This document shows, piece by piece, positions 1 through 10,965 of a stretch of 64,000 bases of DNA. Source of the stretch: a virus; IMG/VR virus record IMGVR_UViG_3300045988_052724, positions 125,818 to 189,817 of that record. The stretch is one strand, 5' to 3'. The stretch's first letter is position 1. Each line of letters begins with the position of its first letter. Below the pieces are notes generated by a model that searched no databases, was not told the DNA's origin, and saw only the letters and a program-made list of their open reading frames with translations. Made by a program: the position numbers and the translations under genes.

Positions 1-3000
1 ACCTAAAGCCATCCAATTAATCATAGAGTTAACCGTTTCACAATTGGCTATAGTACAACTTGTTCTAGTGTAATTACCTGCTACACAAACCTTGTCCCAG
101 TTAGTTGCAGTTGTTTTATGTGTTACTTGTACCGATATACAAGCTGTTGGGAATGCAATCGGGAAGGATTTATGTCCCGTAGAATTTGCACCTACATATG
201 CTTCACCCCATTGAATTATAAATCCGTTAGGGAATTTAACATATCCAGAAGCGTCTTTAGAAGCTGCCCAATTTGAGTTCAGTGTAAAGTCTGACAATGC
301 TTTATACCCACCAGCACCAAGTACTACATTATTATTACTACCACCTTTAGTTATATATGAACCATCGTGGTTATGGTTACTGTTTGCTTTAGAGTTAGGG
401 TCAAAGTTCTTGGTATCCCATACTTTTACCCATCCATACCAATTGTCAGTAGTATCTCTTAACGCTCTGTACCACAATCCCATACCAGCAGTCCATCCTC
501 CAGCAATTTCAACCGTACCTCCAGTACTTCTTCCAAATCCTATAACGGATGTATATGTAGTTGGTGCACCATTACTAGTTCCACTAACTGTATTATAGGA
601 GTACACATTACCTAGGTTTTGGGTTCTTCCTGTTTGTGGATTGAGGTTTCCTCTAGAATTTATATAGTTATGTGAATGGTCTGCAGGAGCGCCTCCAATA
701 TCAGCAAAAGACCATGAAACATTGGCAGAACCATTTACTGACTTAGTAGTATTACCAATAGTAAAGTTCCTAGCTGTTCCCCAATAAGAGGTAGTAATAT
801 TTGCAGTACCGTCGAAGTTAGTTCCATTAATAGAGCGGGCTATTGTAAGTCTGTCTGCACTAGCAGCATGATTGGTATAACTTGAATTAGGTCTACTAAC
901 ATTAGTGTTATAATTATTAGCCACAGTGCTTGAATAAGAAGTATTAGTAAACTGACCTGCCGATATACTACCACCATTATTAGTTACTGTATATTCAAGG
1001 CTTATATTAGTCCAATCGCTAGGTTGCCTTACTTGTACCTCCCAACTGTTGTTATTATATCGTACTATCCTAATCATATCCCAAGTACAATAAGGAGGAA
1101 GGTATAGATAACTTTGATTTAACATTGAGTCTGCAGTACCGCTATAAGCATACATTATCGCTTCAAATGGTATATCTATTACGTGCCCTTGATTGTGATT
1201 ACCTGTTATATAGTAGATTGTACCTTTGACTTTACAGCTTTGATATTGCCCTCCACCTGTACAAACATAGGTTACTATCTTCTTCCAGTTCTTGTCTGTA
1301 CCACCTCCCCATCTATCAACCCTGTATTTAGTTGAAGTAGTCCAGCCCATACTGAATGCTGCTTGGTGGTAGCCATCTAATAAATCCGCATTTAAATTAT
1401 TCCATTGTGCTGTACTACTAGATGTCATGTTAGAACCATTCCAAGTAAATCTATAGTTGTTTCCACCTCTCCATGAAGCACCCTGTTGGATAAATGCTAG
1501 TCCAGTTGCTCCGTTTAATCCTTGTAATCCAAGGCAGCCTCCGATATTACAGTCACCGAAACCGCAATCATCTCCAGCATTGTTTCTAGTACCATTAGCT
1601 AGATGTAATGCACCAGTCATAGTATCACCAGTAACATTAACATACCTACCGTCTATAATTCCAGCATAGTTATTAGTATCTAACACTCTATACCATCCAT
1701 AGTTAGTACCCCCTTGTATTCTTCTCCAGTAAATACCATCAGATGTATTTAAAGGGACTGCTATATCAGCGAAATACCCAGAACCATTTCCATGATTCAT
1801 TCTTAATATATGCCACCATTGAGCTGTTGGTCCAACATTCTGATTAGCAGCAGTACCAGCACCTAGATTTGCATTGAAGTAAGTTAATCCATTTAGTCCA
1901 AATGTTAACTGACTATTAGTAGCCAATCTCTTAGACCATTCAGCAGTACCATTTAAAGCACCAGTAAATGTTGGAGCTGTGACTGTGCCAGGGAATATTG
2001 TATTTCCATTAGCATCCAATAATGTTGCTGTCCTCTTTATGGTAGTAAATACGCCCGTGTATTGTCTTACATATATAGGTTCATCTCCATCATCACAAGA
2101 AGCTATCTCCATCCATCCTGCATTACTTGCAGTTCCCCCAAAAGCTATTCTACCATAATCGTTATCCCCACCTTGGAATCTAACTTGCCTAGTTCCAGTA
2201 GTGCTAGCTTGGTTTATTATAATATCTCCGTTCTGGGTTAAGGTTCCATTGTTAGTAATACCAGTAGTGGTAAGTAATGCAGTAAATAAACCTCCACCAA
2301 TAACATGAAGCTTCTGTGTTGGAGTTGTAGTGCCAATTCCTACATTTCCTAATCCAGTTAATACCATTTTAGCACTCATAGCCGGGTCTGTTCCAGCCTC
2401 TCCAACAGAACTCATAAAGGCTAGGTAATTATTATCATTAGTACCACTAAAGTATGGGGTTAATCCAAATTTATCACCAAAGCCATTCTCTTTCCAATAT
2501 ATAGTATTAGCACCCATTCCAAGAGTACCAGTCATGGTATCACCTGCTTTCTTTACGTAACGTCCGTCAGAATAGCTGGCGTAGTTTCCACTATGTATTA
2601 ACACAACCCAATCATTCCACTTTGAATCATCATGCCTTCTGTATTTAATCGTGTTTGTATCATAATGGAAAGCTAACTGAGTATTTCTTGTTGGAACGTC
2701 ACCTAGACTTAGCACAGTAGTATTTGCAGATAGGGTAACATCATCCGTAGGTTTAGGGTCAATAGTAACTACGTTTCCATTTCCAAAATATTGGTTTACA
2801 GTAGTGTATCTACCTCTAAGCCAAGAACGCATAACACCCTCTCTTCCACTAAATCCTGCCAAATGTACTCCATCAAGCAAATCTGCATTTAAATTATTAA
2901 CAAGCGTATTGCTTGAAACTATCAACGGTGATAACCCTGTGGCAACAGTTGACATAAACCTAGGTGCTCTCACATCATTTGGAGTGACACGTAAAACTAG

Positions 3001-5436
3001 CTTGTTGTTATGGTCTACGACACCAAATCCTGCACTATCCGTACTACCTCCTCTAAGGTTTCCTATATACCAGTATGTGTCATACCAGTTGAACCTTAAT
3101 CCGTTTCTTATAGAAGTTAACCCACCATCATCGTTCCTGATAACTTCGTTATCTTTATAGATATTGGTAATATCACAATTTTCCAATCCCTTGAATACGA
3201 TTGAGCTGGAAGTAGATGCGGATGTAAGTGTTCCAGTCATAGTATCGCCAGTCTTCTTAAGGTAACGTCCATCGAGAGTTCCTGCATAATTAGTAACATC
3301 TAATATATCTACCCAAGAACCATAGGAAGTAGAATCATTACCTGTACGATACTTTAGCCCACGTATGCCTTTTGTTGGTAATGCAAGTTGTGTAACCCAG
3401 GTCTTGTTTCCTACAATTCCCATATTAGAACCACCCCAGTTCATAGATATGATATGCCACCAGTTGCCGTTTATACCTGACTTTGTAGTCATTCCCATGT
3501 AATAACCATCGTAAGTGGCTGGGTCAAAGTCTTCTTCCTTGTAGAATATAAAGCTTTTAGCGTGTAACCCATCAAGTAAATCAGCGTTAAGATTACTTAC
3601 TAAGGTATTACTAGCTACAACTAATGGTGCAGTTCCACTAGCTACTGTAGATATGATAGGAGTTGTAAACGTCTTGCTACCATTAATAGTCTGTTCAGTA
3701 TCTAATGTTACATATATAGGGTGTGTATGGTCTGTTGTTGATACTTTTTTACCATCACTATATAGACAGTTATCAGCACCAACGTATACGTATCTATTAC
3801 TGTATGTTTGAGGACTTTCAGTCTGTGATTCTGCTCCGATTAAGAATAACTTTGTGTTTATTAAATCAGTAGCTCCAGCTGTATTTACAGTATCATTTCC
3901 AGGGTCTGCAGCTAAAGTTAAATTACCTTGGTTATCTGGAGTAATAAACATATTGTCTCCAGCAATGAAATTTACTTTCTTAGCTTCATAGCCATCAAAC
4001 GATGTAAACTCGACTCCCTTTACTTGGAATGATAATGCATGATTCAATCTATCAGGTTTATTGGCCCATGTAGGTGTGCCAGACTCATTGATTACTAGCA
4101 TTTGCCCTACTGAACCGTTTGGTAGACCTTTTATCAACTTACCCGTTATACTATCAAACACTGCCAGTTGTCCTATTGTAGAGGATGAAGGTCCACTAAC
4201 AACTCCAGTAGTATTAGTCTGAACATATGTCCACTTCTTAGAAACCTCTTCCCAGTTAGTACCATCAGAAGCAGCAGTAGCTTCCTTACATATAAGTAAG
4301 TCACCAACCTCTACCGACACTCCGTTTATATACCCCACACTATCCCTATAAGCACCATTACCAAAGGTTACAACATAAGTATTACCTACATCTGCCATTG
4401 GTGTATAAGTACCTGGAGAAGATATACCAGCCTCTAATGCTCCCTTAAATAGCATAGCATTATTAGAGCCGAGGATACTATCAGCATAACTCTTAGCAGT
4501 TTCTATAGCGTTCCATACCATTAATGGGGATGCTGCAATAGCTGCAACTACGTTAGTGTCATTTATATTCTCATTATCACTTGATGGGTCCGGCTTTCTA
4601 CTTAATATGTCCTGCAGTTTTACGTGACCATATAATTTAGTAGAAGCACCACCATATTCTGGTTTTAGAGATAAGTGAATCTTAGGAGTAGCTTGTCCTT
4701 CTACATCTCCCTTTAGCTTACCAATAATATAACCATCTAATACAGAAACGTCTCCATGATTAACTGTTACTGCTCCATCGGAAGTCATTCCTCCTGCTAT
4801 AGTTATTCTCTGTGTAGCATCATTAAATGTCAAACCATTAGCCTTTCTAACTTGAGATGTGTCCATATTATTATTAGCTTCATTATAGGATAATAATACG
4901 TTCCTCTCAGCCATCTGATTAGATGGAGCTACCTGTTCAACATAGTCCCTAATCTCAATATTATGATTCTCTGCAAATGTTATATGTCCTGTAGCATCTA
5001 CTATAAAGTTTGGAACAACAAACACACTAGCATTTCCTAGATTAGTTGATTGTCCATAAGAGCCTGAAGCTACACCGCTCTCCATGTGTAATAACTTCCT
5101 ATTAGAAGCATCCCACTTCAAAGGAGGTTCAGTATCCACTCTATTAAGTGCATTACTGCTGATAATAATTCTATTACCATCACCTTTTCTAAGGCTAATA
5201 CTGTCACCTGTAGGAGTTAGCAGGAAGAAGCTATTTCCTATTTGAACCTTAACAGAGCCGCTAACTTCTGATACTTCTATACTTGGATAGCCAATACTAA
5301 AGTAAGTACCACAAGTCCACATCTCTCTAGTATCCTCAATGAACACTACTGGATTAAGCCCTTCTGGTATTGTGGGTATTAGTGGCTCAAACTCTTCTTT
5401 CTTTCTAGCATATACAATCTTCTTATTTATTATCAT
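1..5436 (-). CDS. Large tail fiber / receptor-binding protein; C-terminal end runs off the left window edge (1812 codons in window)
   Basis: ATG at 5436-5434 (ATGATAATAAATAAG). Hand translation of the minus strand stays open to base 1 (ends ...NSMINWMALG). It is missing from the ORF track only because no stop lies in the window. Repeated modules GDTMTG(T/A)L and SNTLV(S/N)NLNADLLDG(L/V/Y)H are typical of phage fibers. Confidence 0.8.
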   Translation of the reverse strand, partial: MIINKKIVYARKKEEFEPLIPTIPEGLNPVVFIEDTREMWTCGTYFSIGYPSIEVSEVSGSVKVQIGNSFFLLTPTGDSISLRKGDGNRIIISSNALNRVDTEPPLKWDASNRKLLHMESGVASGSYGQSTNLGNASVFVVPNFIVDATGHITFAENHNIEIRDYVEQVAPSNQMAERNVLLSYNEANNNMDTSQVRKANGLTFNDATQRITIAGGMTSDGAVTVNHGDVSVLDGYIIGKLKGDVEGQATPKIHLSLKPEYGGASTKLYGHVKLQDILSRKPDPSSDNENINDTNVVAAIAASPLMVWNAIETAKSYADSILGSNNAMLFKGALEAGISSPGTYTPMADVGNTYVVTFGNGAYRDSVGYINGVSVEVGDLLICKEATAASDGTNWEEVSKKWTYVQTNTTGVVSGPSSSTIGQLAVFDSITGKLIKGLPNGSVGQMLVINESGTPTWANKPDRLNHALSFQVKGVEFTSFDGYEAKKVNFIAGDNMFITPDNQGNLTLAADPGNDTVNTAGATDLINTKLFLIGAESQTESPQTYSNRYVYVGADNCLYSDGKKVSTTDHTHPIYVTLDTEQTINGSKTFTTPIISTVASGTAPLVVASNTLVSNLNADLLDGLHAKSFIFYKEEDFDPATYDGYYMGMTTKSGINGNWWHIISMNWGGSNMGIVGNKTWVTQLALPTKGIRGLKYRTGNDSTSYGSWVDILDVTNYAGTLDGRYLKKTGDTMTGTLTSASTSSSIVFKGLENCDITNIYKDNEVIRNDDGGLTSIRNGLRFNWYDTYWYIGNLRGGSTDSAGFGVVDHNNKLVLRVTPNDVRAPRFMSTVATGLSPLIVSSNTLVNNLNADLLDGVHLAGFSGREGVMRSWLRGRYTTVNQYFGNGNVVTIDPKPTDDVTLSANTTVLSLGDVPTRNTQLAFHYDTNTIKYRRHDDSKWNDWVVLIHSGNYASYSDGRYVKKAGDTMTGTLGMGANTIYWKENGFGDKFGLTPYFSGTNDNNYLAFMSSVGEAGTDPAMSAKMVLTGLGNVGIGTTTPTQKLHVIGGGLFTALLTTTGITNNGTLTQNGDIIINQASTTGTRQVRFQGGDNDYGRIAFGGTASNAGWMEIASCDDGDEPIYVRQYTGVFTTIKRTATLLDANGNTIFPGTVTAPTFTGALNGTAEWSKRLATNSQLTFGLNGLTYFNANLGAGTAANQNVGPTAQWWHILRMNHGNGSGYFADIAVPLNTSDGIYWRRIQGGTNYGWYRVLDTNNYAGIIDGRYVNVTGDTMTGALHLANGTRNNAGDDCGFGDCNIGGCLGLQGLNGATGLAFIQQGASWRGGNNYRFTWNGSNMTSSSTAQWNNLNADLLDGYHQAAFSMGWTTSTKYRVDRWGGGTDKNWKKIVTYVCTGGGQYQSCKVKGTIYYITGNHNQGHVIDIPFEAIMYAYSGTADSMLNQSYLYLPPYCTWDMIRIVRYNNNSWEVQVRQPSDWTNISLEYTVTNNGGSISAGQFTNTSYSSTVANNYNTNVSRPNSSYTNHAASADRLTIARSINGTNFDGTANITTSYWGTARNFTIGNTTKSVNGSANVSWSFADIGGAPADHSHNYINSRGNLNPQTGRTQNLGNVYSYNTVSGTSNGAPTTYTSVIGFGRSTGGTVEIAGGWTAGMGLWYRALRDTTDNWYGWVKVWDTKNFDPNSKANSNHNHDGSYITKGGSNNNVVLGAGGYKALSDFTLNSNWAASKDASGYVKFPNGFIIQWGEAYVGANSTGHKSFPIAFPTACISVQVTHKTTATNWDKVCVAGNYTRTSCTIANCETVNSMINWMALG

Positions 5437-5438
5437 TC

Positions 5439-5813
5439 CTATATGATTTGAGTTGTTAATAATTCATCAAACCTCTGAGCTGTTTGAGCAACAGTTAGAC
5501 CTTTATCTATAAAGTTACCTGACCACCCAATAAGTAAGTCAGTACCGTCTAGTACTGGATTATTCTTAATAGCCTTCTTATTTACAGTCTTATTGCCCAG
5601 GTTCTCGATTTCTTTTTGCATATTATCAAGCTTCTCTTGAATCTTATTCACAATGTCGATAATCTCTTTATTATCAAGGAATACAACCCATTGTTCCCCA
5701 TCAAATAAGAGCATCTTACTGTTATCTTTAATCCAAATGTGGTAAATGGTTGGAGGGATTTGGTCACCCCTCCAGAAATTTACCTGCTTGTTATTTACCA
5801 TTTCATTTGCCAT
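5439..5813 (-). CDS. Hypothetical protein, 124 aa, between two fiber genes (possible fiber adaptor/assembly factor)
   Basis: ORF track. Its stop lies 2 nt before the start of the downstream fiber gene. Confidence 0.5.
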   Translation of the reverse strand: MANEMVNNKQVNFWRGDQIPPTIYHIWIKDNSKMLLFDGEQWVVFLDNKEIIDIVNKIQEKLDNMQKEIENLGNKTVNKKAIKNNPVLDGTDLLIGWSGNFIDKGLTVAQTAQRFDELLTTQII

Positions 5814-5814
5814 T

Positions 5815-8643
5815 CTATTCTAATACTATCGTTTTACTTAAATCAAGACCTTGCACCAACTTCTCTAATGCTGTAAGTCTTTCAACTAAGGCTTCAGTTC
5901 CAGTGGAAGAAGATGTTATAAATTCCTTATTAAATGTATATGTCGTTTTAGTTCCTACTACTAATGTAAATGTTAACTTCAAGTCCTGAAGTTCATCATA
6001 GTGAAACATCATTACCACTTCTACAGTTCTAACATCATCAGTGTCTTTGGTATCTGTAGCTGTCTTTCTATAAGCCGTTACAAATTTTAAAGTTGCATAT
6101 TCTAATGTTACTAATCTAGCCTTGGATAAAGCTACTATAAAATCGTGTGCATCTTCAGCCTCAGTATAATAATCAGATAGGTTCTCAGACAGATAAAGAG
6201 CCTTCTCAATATGCATGACATAGCCCTGCACATCTGACTTAAATACATTAAGTAGTCCTATCTGTTCTTTTACGTATGTATCATTATAATTCTCGAGTGA
6301 TTGTAACTTAGCTTTGTTCTCATTAGTAAAGTCATTAGTAGACAATCCTTTACCTTCAACCTTATCAACCTTAGTACTAATGTCTGGAAGTTCACTCTTT
6401 AGAGCATAATTACTTAAATCAGTTTCTGGAATATTAGCTATAGCTTGCTTGACATACTCTTCAGTAGCTAAGCCTACTATACTAGGAATTTCAGGTTTCC
6501 CAACTAAGTCTTGATACTCACCGGAGAATAATTCACTTCTATCTGCTTTGCCACCTAATGTAGTATTTATTGCAGCGATGTCTTTATTATTCTTTATAAT
6601 TGCATCTCCGACCTCTTTGAATGTGTTATAAGAAGGGTCAGAATCTTGAGTAAGTATGTCAAACTGCTGTCTAGTAAAGTTGTTAGCTATCTCAAGTATT
6701 TCTGCTGCTGTCCCAGCCCTTTCTGCACCTAACTCTTCGAGGGTATATGTAGGTTTATTAGGTTGTTTAGCCCACTCAGGAACAGTTGGGTCAGTTTCAG
6801 TATAGCTAGTTAGAAACCCTTTACTATTCAATTCTTCTTCAGTAACTAAGTTATTTGGAATTGTTGTTAAGTAATGTTTATCATTCTCTAACTGAGATAC
6901 TTTAGTAGGTACATCCTCTATATCGGCTTTATTACTAACATCAGGGATTTCACTCCTATCTGCTTTTGTGTTAACCTTCTCATCAACTTCTTTAATCAGT
7001 TCTCTAACACTAGTATCACTATAGTTAGTTAGCCCTTTTAGTTTATTCTTCTCTTCTAATGTAAAGCTTTGCTCAGATAAGCCCATTCCTTGGACTTTGT
7101 CTACCTTGTTGTTCCAATTTTGTATATCAGTAGTGTTTATAGTTGCAGCTGCACTAGCTATAAATGCCGGCTCAATCTCTTCTGTTAAATACCCTCGGCT
7201 ATCAAGCTCATGCTTTGTAACATATTCGTCTGGAATATCTGTAATGTAGTGAGAGTCATTCTCTAGTTGAGATACCTTAGTAGGTACGTCTTCTATGTCT
7301 GCCTTACCTGATACATCTGGAATTAGTGCTTTAACTTCATCCTTAGTATAATAATTATTAAGCTGAATGTCTCCTGATTCTATGTCCTGCAACTTCTTAT
7401 CAATTTCTTCCTTAGTGTAGACAGTATACTTATCAACTTTAGATGCTAAAAGCTCTTTAATTGTAGTAGTGTCAAACCCTTTAGAATCAAATCCAGCTTG
7501 ACTTAATATTTCTATTGTTGTTTCCCCAAGCCCTGCATTAGCACTCTTGAATATATAGTATATATTACCAAATATTTCCTGTGTACCTAAGAGTCTAAAT
7601 CCACCAATAATATTACTAACTGCCAACACTGCACTGGAGCCATTTGGAATCATAACGTATATGTACTCACTGCCATTTGCAGTAGTAGTAAATATATTGT
7701 CAATAGTCTTGTTTAACTTAGTATAGTCTGGTGAGGTTCCATAGTAGTTAGGATATTTAATGTCAAATGTTACTACCTTTACAGCAGTAATATCCTCATA
7801 TTTATATCGTAACGTAATAACCATAGAAGTAGTCATTCCAGCAAATGTATACTGCCTAGCTTCAGGCTTAAGAGTTACACCATTAATTGTCTGCTCAGTT
7901 ACATCTTTGTAGTATTCCCAAGTTACAGTTACATCAGTAGGCTCATCACCATAACTCATATACTCTGGGTCTACTGATATGGCTTTAATATTTTCATCTA
8001 TAGCTGCTGCTTCAATTCTAGCATTAACCCATTCAGTAGATGCAATCCTATTAGAACTATCTGTCATTAATGGTAATGTAGTAGTTGGAGTTCCAGTAAA
8101 CTTAGGTGAGTATATGTCAGCTTTGTTATTTAATCTTATTTCAATTTCACACGCCCATTGAGCAAGTTTTAGATTTATTTCATCAATTACCTTATTAATA
8201 TCAAAGGCTATTGAATCAGTCACAAAGGTATATAAATCTTTTTGATTAGACAAGTTACCTTTGATGTTTCCCCACTTTAGAGCATATTCATCTGCTATAC
8301 CAAGATTAATTCTGGCTATAGTTCTCTGATACTCATCAGTTAACTCTGAGAATAGATTCTCCTTTTGGAATCCATCATCCCCGCCAGTACACCCATAATA
8401 TTTAGAAGTATCACAATCATCCTTAATACAGATGTGGTCTACTCCTTCCTCTTCTACTTTTACACTGTCTATCTTGTCTATTGTAATAACACCATAGTCA
8501 GCACAGATTCCTTCTACCTCTTCCTTCTCAATAACTCCGTCAATTATTTTAGTATCGGGCTTTATATTGGAAATAGAATGAGGATAATCGGGTAAAATGG
8601 GGGCATCCTGTTCTTGTTCATCAAGACGTATAAACTCTGCCAT
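5815..8643 (-). CDS. Tail fiber-like protein, 942 aa, with internal tandem repeats
   Basis: Duplicated blocks PDVS(G/N)KADIEDVPTKVSQLEND(S/K)HY and KVDKV.G.GLS...FT.E.K.KL, a fiber-repeat motif also present in the DGR target protein. Confidence 0.7.
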   Translation of the reverse strand: MAEFIRLDEQEQDAPILPDYPHSISNIKPDTKIIDGVIEKEEVEGICADYGVITIDKIDSVKVEEEGVDHICIKDDCDTSKYYGCTGGDDGFQKENLFSELTDEYQRTIARINLGIADEYALKWGNIKGNLSNQKDLYTFVTDSIAFDINKVIDEINLKLAQWACEIEIRLNNKADIYSPKFTGTPTTTLPLMTDSSNRIASTEWVNARIEAAAIDENIKAISVDPEYMSYGDEPTDVTVTWEYYKDVTEQTINGVTLKPEARQYTFAGMTTSMVITLRYKYEDITAVKVVTFDIKYPNYYGTSPDYTKLNKTIDNIFTTTANGSEYIYVMIPNGSSAVLAVSNIIGGFRLLGTQEIFGNIYYIFKSANAGLGETTIEILSQAGFDSKGFDTTTIKELLASKVDKYTVYTKEEIDKKLQDIESGDIQLNNYYTKDEVKALIPDVSGKADIEDVPTKVSQLENDSHYITDIPDEYVTKHELDSRGYLTEEIEPAFIASAAATINTTDIQNWNNKVDKVQGMGLSEQSFTLEEKNKLKGLTNYSDTSVRELIKEVDEKVNTKADRSEIPDVSNKADIEDVPTKVSQLENDKHYLTTIPNNLVTEEELNSKGFLTSYTETDPTVPEWAKQPNKPTYTLEELGAERAGTAAEILEIANNFTRQQFDILTQDSDPSYNTFKEVGDAIIKNNKDIAAINTTLGGKADRSELFSGEYQDLVGKPEIPSIVGLATEEYVKQAIANIPETDLSNYALKSELPDISTKVDKVEGKGLSTNDFTNENKAKLQSLENYNDTYVKEQIGLLNVFKSDVQGYVMHIEKALYLSENLSDYYTEAEDAHDFIVALSKARLVTLEYATLKFVTAYRKTATDTKDTDDVRTVEVVMMFHYDELQDLKLTFTLVVGTKTTYTFNKEFITSSSTGTEALVERLTALEKLVQGLDLSKTIVLE

Positions 8644-8645
8644 AT

Positions 8646-9626
8646 TTAGATTTGAATAATTTGATAAGCATATGTCATAGGGTCTAAGAAGGATATAATT
8701 GTAGCCTCATTAACCTTATGAATTGTTTTAGTAATGGTCATTGATAAGCTAGTATCTCCAATAGGAAATACTTTATTATATAATGAACCTTCCATATAAC
8801 ATACGTTCTCATTGAACATATTATTAACGGAATTCCATCTTAAAGTTGTATCATGACAACCTCTTAGGAAGGTATTACCTCTACAGTCTGCTTCTAGCAC
8901 ATTATCGTAAGTATCACCTAGAAAGATATTATTAGTACATCCTTGTTTTAATTCATTATGCTTAGTATTATGTAATTCAGAGCTGTCAGTGATAACTCCT
9001 CCAGTTAAGTCTGAGAATGTATAGAAATCTCCATATGCTGCCCCAAGATTAAGATTAGTATTATCTAACTCCTCCGCAGTTCTTCTGAATTTAATATTCT
9101 TGAAATCATAGTGAGCTGAATTGAAATGATTGTCTCTCATAAATGTTATCCTACCTTTAGTGGTAGCCCCATCTTCGAGAGTTTCTTTAGTAGGGTCATA
9201 TTCAATAACCCAATCCTTCATTTTATTATCATCAATAACAATCCTTGGGTCTAATCTGTTATTAGTAATAGCTGTTACAATTAACTTCCAAACAGGAGAA
9301 GGGTTAGTGGAGTCTTCAGTACCCCACGTAACCTTTTGACCTGAATTATTAGTAACATTAGAAGAGTAAATAGTTTGAAAGTCTGTAATAACATACCTTG
9401 CTCCTGTTATTAAGCTATTCTTACTTATGTAATCATTAAGTAGCGTATATGTCACTTCCAATGGCTTAGCTTGTCCGCCTTCTCCGCTATAATCAATAAT
9501 ACCTATATTCTTCCTTAACTGTTCCTGCTCTAGTTCGGTTAAACCTCCTAGTAAGTCTTTCTTCTTGAAATAATTATTCAAATCATGAATACAGGCATAA
9601 CGTCTTGTATCCCTTTCTATTGCCAT
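8646..9626 (-). CDS. Hypothetical virion/tail protein, 326 aa
   Basis: ORF track. Lies in the tail module. The C-terminal half is N/T-rich and repetitive (beta-helix-like impression only). Confidence 0.45.
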   Translation of the reverse strand: MAIERDTRRYACIHDLNNYFKKKDLLGGLTELEQEQLRKNIGIIDYSGEGGQAKPLEVTYTLLNDYISKNSLITGARYVITDFQTIYSSNVTNNSGQKVTWGTEDSTNPSPVWKLIVTAITNNRLDPRIVIDDNKMKDWVIEYDPTKETLEDGATTKGRITFMRDNHFNSAHYDFKNIKFRRTAEELDNTNLNLGAAYGDFYTFSDLTGGVITDSSELHNTKHNELKQGCTNNIFLGDTYDNVLEADCRGNTFLRGCHDTTLRWNSVNNMFNENVCYMEGSLYNKVFPIGDTSLSMTITKTIHKVNEATIISFLDPMTYAYQIIQI

Positions 9627-9627
9627 G

Positions 9628-9813
9628 TTAATTATTCATTAGAAATTCGTATATTCCATCTATTTTATCAAAGTATTGACAAGTCTGAATAAAGGATATT
9701 TGATGTAGAATCATGTCATAATTATCTATATAGCCTTTATTTAGTCTGTTAAGGAACTTATTAAAGTCCTTAATCACTTTAAGCTTCAGGTTAGTTATTG
9801 CATCCACAACCAC
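9628..9813 (-). CDS. Hypothetical protein, 61 aa
   Basis: ORF track, tightly packed in the operon. Confidence 0.35.
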   Translation of the reverse strand: MVVDAITNLKLKVIKDFNKFLNRLNKGYIDNYDMILHQISFIQTCQYFDKIDGIYEFLMNN

Positions 9814-10585
9814 CTCCTCCTATAGTATTCTTATCAATCATAACATCTCTACAAATTCCTCCGCACTGAGTAACATCCTCTAATACTCTCTGAGCTTCGT
9901 AATACTGTCCCAGCTCAATTAGATATTTAATAATATTGATAGCCATCCATATAATATCTCTATTGTAGATTAGTGATTTAACATCATCAAGCCTATTCTT
10001 GCACCTTCCAGGTAAATCTCCTAAAAGATTTTTACATAGTCTGTAAAAGCATTCATTAATATGGCATATACAGAACGTATTCTTATCACCTCTGATAATC
10101 GTAGTAGTTTTCTCAGTGACAGTAGATGGGGGTGTAGCATTCACCTCTAATACCTCTTCTATAGTTACCTCAACAGACTCTTCATCAACATACTTCATAA
10201 ATACTTCAGATTTGGTATCATAGTAGTAAATAGAGTTATAAGCTGTTAAAGCAGTTGCATTCCTCTCTAACACATAATCCAACCATGCATCAGTGGGTAG
10301 TATTATATGTGTAACTTCATATAAACCGTCAATAGGCATTTCCATTTCAGATTCATCAATACAATCTATAACGTGTTCAACAATGTCATACTTCTGTGTT
10401 ATTTCTTCTCCAGAAGATTTAATACTTGTTATAGCATTAATAGTTACAGTTTGACTGTAGGTATAATTACGAGTACTTACTGCAACTTCTCCATCCTCAT
10501 TTAAGTATTCATCATTGTCTTTCTCTAGCCCAGTGATTGTAATACCGCAGGCTCCCTTCTTGCATATTTTAAATACTGAATCCAT
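9791..10585 (-). CDS. Hypothetical protein, 264 aa, Cys-rich C-terminus
   Basis: ORF track, operon context. Confidence 0.45.
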   Translation of the reverse strand: MDSVFKICKKGACGITITGLEKDNDEYLNEDGEVAVSTRNYTYSQTVTINAITSIKSSGEEITQKYDIVEHVIDCIDESEMEMPIDGLYEVTHIILPTDAWLDYVLERNATALTAYNSIYYYDTKSEVFMKYVDEESVEVTIEEVLEVNATPPSTVTEKTTTIIRGDKNTFCICHINECFYRLCKNLLGDLPGRCKNRLDDVKSLIYNRDIIWMAINIIKYLIELGQYYEAQRVLEDVTQCGGICRDVMIDKNTIGGGGCGCNN

Positions 10586-10587
10586 AA

Positions 10588-10965
10588 TTATACGTTGAAG
10601 TCAGCTCTTACTTTAGTTTTGATTTCTCCTACCAGTGTAAGATAATCTAGGTATTTCTGTCTATCAGTTTGATTATCAGATAAACCTAAAACAATACTAT
10701 TGGAGCTGTTAATTAAATCAAACTCTTCATCTTGGTCTACATACTGTCTAATAATAGCTTTAATGCATTCTTTGTGGTCTGGTTGACCATGTAGATGAAC
10801 TTGTATATATGTCCACCTTGTTTCCTTCGTTACATCTTCTGTTTCTGGGTCTGTAACATTAACCTCTTTTGATTTAATATCATAGTTATAGTAATATGTA
10901 CCATTACCTAATTTCTCTATTAAGTCTGGCTGCACATCCATTTCTATTCTTCTTGGTTCTAACAT
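10588..10965 (-). CDS. Hypothetical acidic protein, 125 aa; overlaps the 3' end of the RT gene by 62 nt
   Basis: ORF track. Its acidic composition argues against an Avd-type DGR accessory protein. Confidence 0.4.
   Translation of the reverse strand: MLEPRRIEMDVQPDLIEKLGNGTYYYNYDIKSKEVNVTDPETEDVTKETRWTYIQVHLHGQPDHKECIKAIIRQYVDQDEEFDLINSSNSIVLGLSDNQTDRQKYLDYLTLVGEIKTKVRADFNV

Noticed and set aside
410-3160. Plus-strand ORFs 410-598, 1457-1669 and 2804-3160, plus many other 60-80 aa ORFs antisense to long genes.
   Set aside because: They are embedded in long, well-supported minus-strand genes. Their sequences are low-complexity Pro/Leu/Ser, typical of antisense frames.
1-5436. There is no minus-strand ORF in the supplied track over 5.4 kb, which suggested stop-codon recoding (TAG/TGA reassignment), as in some gut phages.
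   Set aside because: Hand translation shows one uninterrupted standard-code ORF from the ATG at 5436 to base 1. It is missing from the track only because its stop lies outside the window. All other long genes are intact in the standard code, and no clear suppressor tRNA (CTA/TCA/TTA anticodon in a normal loop) was found.
10588-10965. Possible Avd accessory protein of the DGR.
   Set aside because: The protein is acidic and predicted to be beta-rich and mixed, not a basic four-helix bundle. It lies downstream of the RT rather than between the VR and TR.
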